Assembly: GCA_951406725.2 (NCBI GenBank)
Contig: OX597834.1
Span: 6,324,001 to 6,388,000 of the forward strand
Direction of reading: 5' to 3'
DNA length: 64,000 nucleotides
DNA from: Octopus vulgaris
Taxonomy: Eukaryota
Notes under the pieces: generated by a model
Databases searched by the model: none
Seen by the model: the letters and a program-made list of their open reading frames with translations, nothing else
What the model was told of the DNA's origin: nothing
Part shown: one piece after another, positions 63,191-64,000 of the stretch
How the letters are laid out: each line of letters starts with the position of its first letter
How positions within the stretch are numbered: position 1 is the first letter of the stretch
Program-made: the position numbers and the translations under genes

Positions 63191-64000
63191 AGCAGGTCTG
63201 CAATGTTTATACATTTCTAAAATTAAAGATTTATCATTTTTTTTTTGTTCTTCTGTATTGGAAGTTTGCCTCTGGTTACAAATAAGTTACCATTACATAG
63301 AACTTGGAAAAACTTTTAAAAACATTTCTGAGTGTGCAATGTTGTTTTGAGAATTCCTATCACATTAATTTTGGAAATATGCCAGTCCAACTATCACTAA
63401 CCTAGCTATCAGTTATTAAAACAAAGAAGTTATTTTAGTAAGTGTATGTTAAATATGCTTTTCAACATATTAATATTCAATAGCATTTACATATTTCACC
63501 TCAGTTGCATTCTATAACAGAACTTTTAGTTGAAAAAATACATAATTCAGTAAAATATTCAACTCATAAATAATAGATGAACTCTTTAATAATTTAATTA
63601 ATACTCTTACGTATACATATGTGCGTGTATGAGAATTTGTGAATAACGTATGTGCATATGTGTATATTGGTAGTATGTGTTTGTGTGTGAATGTGTGTAA
63701 GTGTGTGTCTATAAATATATATATATATAAGGATTTTGCTAGAAAATAATTTCATTGCTAAATTTGATAGAAATCTTTCTATTTGGTGATCAAGTACTGG
63801 CAATGAGATATGCATTAAGCAATATTTCACTGAGGGAAGATTCTACTGATATGATCTGCTCCATAAATAATGCAAAACTGGAAGAATAGAATTTGATTAT
63901 TCAATTCGAAAATCTTTTAGTTCAAAGATTTCATCTATCTCCATTAAAACTTTTGGCTGTTATACATACATATATACACATATATATATATATTCTGATA

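Overview
AT-rich, repeat-saturated eukaryotic DNA with no intact host gene that I can identify. The SINE and LINE families and the very heavy (TA)n/(CA)n/(ATC)n load look like an octopus (coleoid cephalopod) genome; this is recognition, not proof. Contents: more than 20 copies or fragments of tRNA-derived SINE family A (internal TA/TG microsatellite, (GAGTAAAA)n tail); about 9 copies of tRNA-derived SINE family B, which occurs as a head plus 184-bp units in 1-3 copies; a 3-kb 5'-truncated RTE-clade LINE (56605-59615) whose RT carries a PHD-like C4HC3 insert, plus many 3' fragments of it; remnants of R4/Dong-like, CR1-like, RTEX-like, BovB-like and Penelope-like retroelements, the last with hammerhead-ribozyme motifs; two decayed mariner elements with nested insertions; a probable Chapaev3 fragment fused in frame to RTE sequence; three copies of a non-autonomous Helitron; several TA- and TTAA-flanked MITEs; many long fold-back palindromes; and large mini- and microsatellite arrays. 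Most ORFs in the supplied track are translations of microsatellites. The most unusual signals are the fixed-junction 184-bp SINE multimers, a hairpin-plus-tail family with compensated arm substitutions, and the PHD finger inside the RT. Coordinates were read by eye; TIRs and junctions are nearly exact, while the ends of degenerate elements are approximate.
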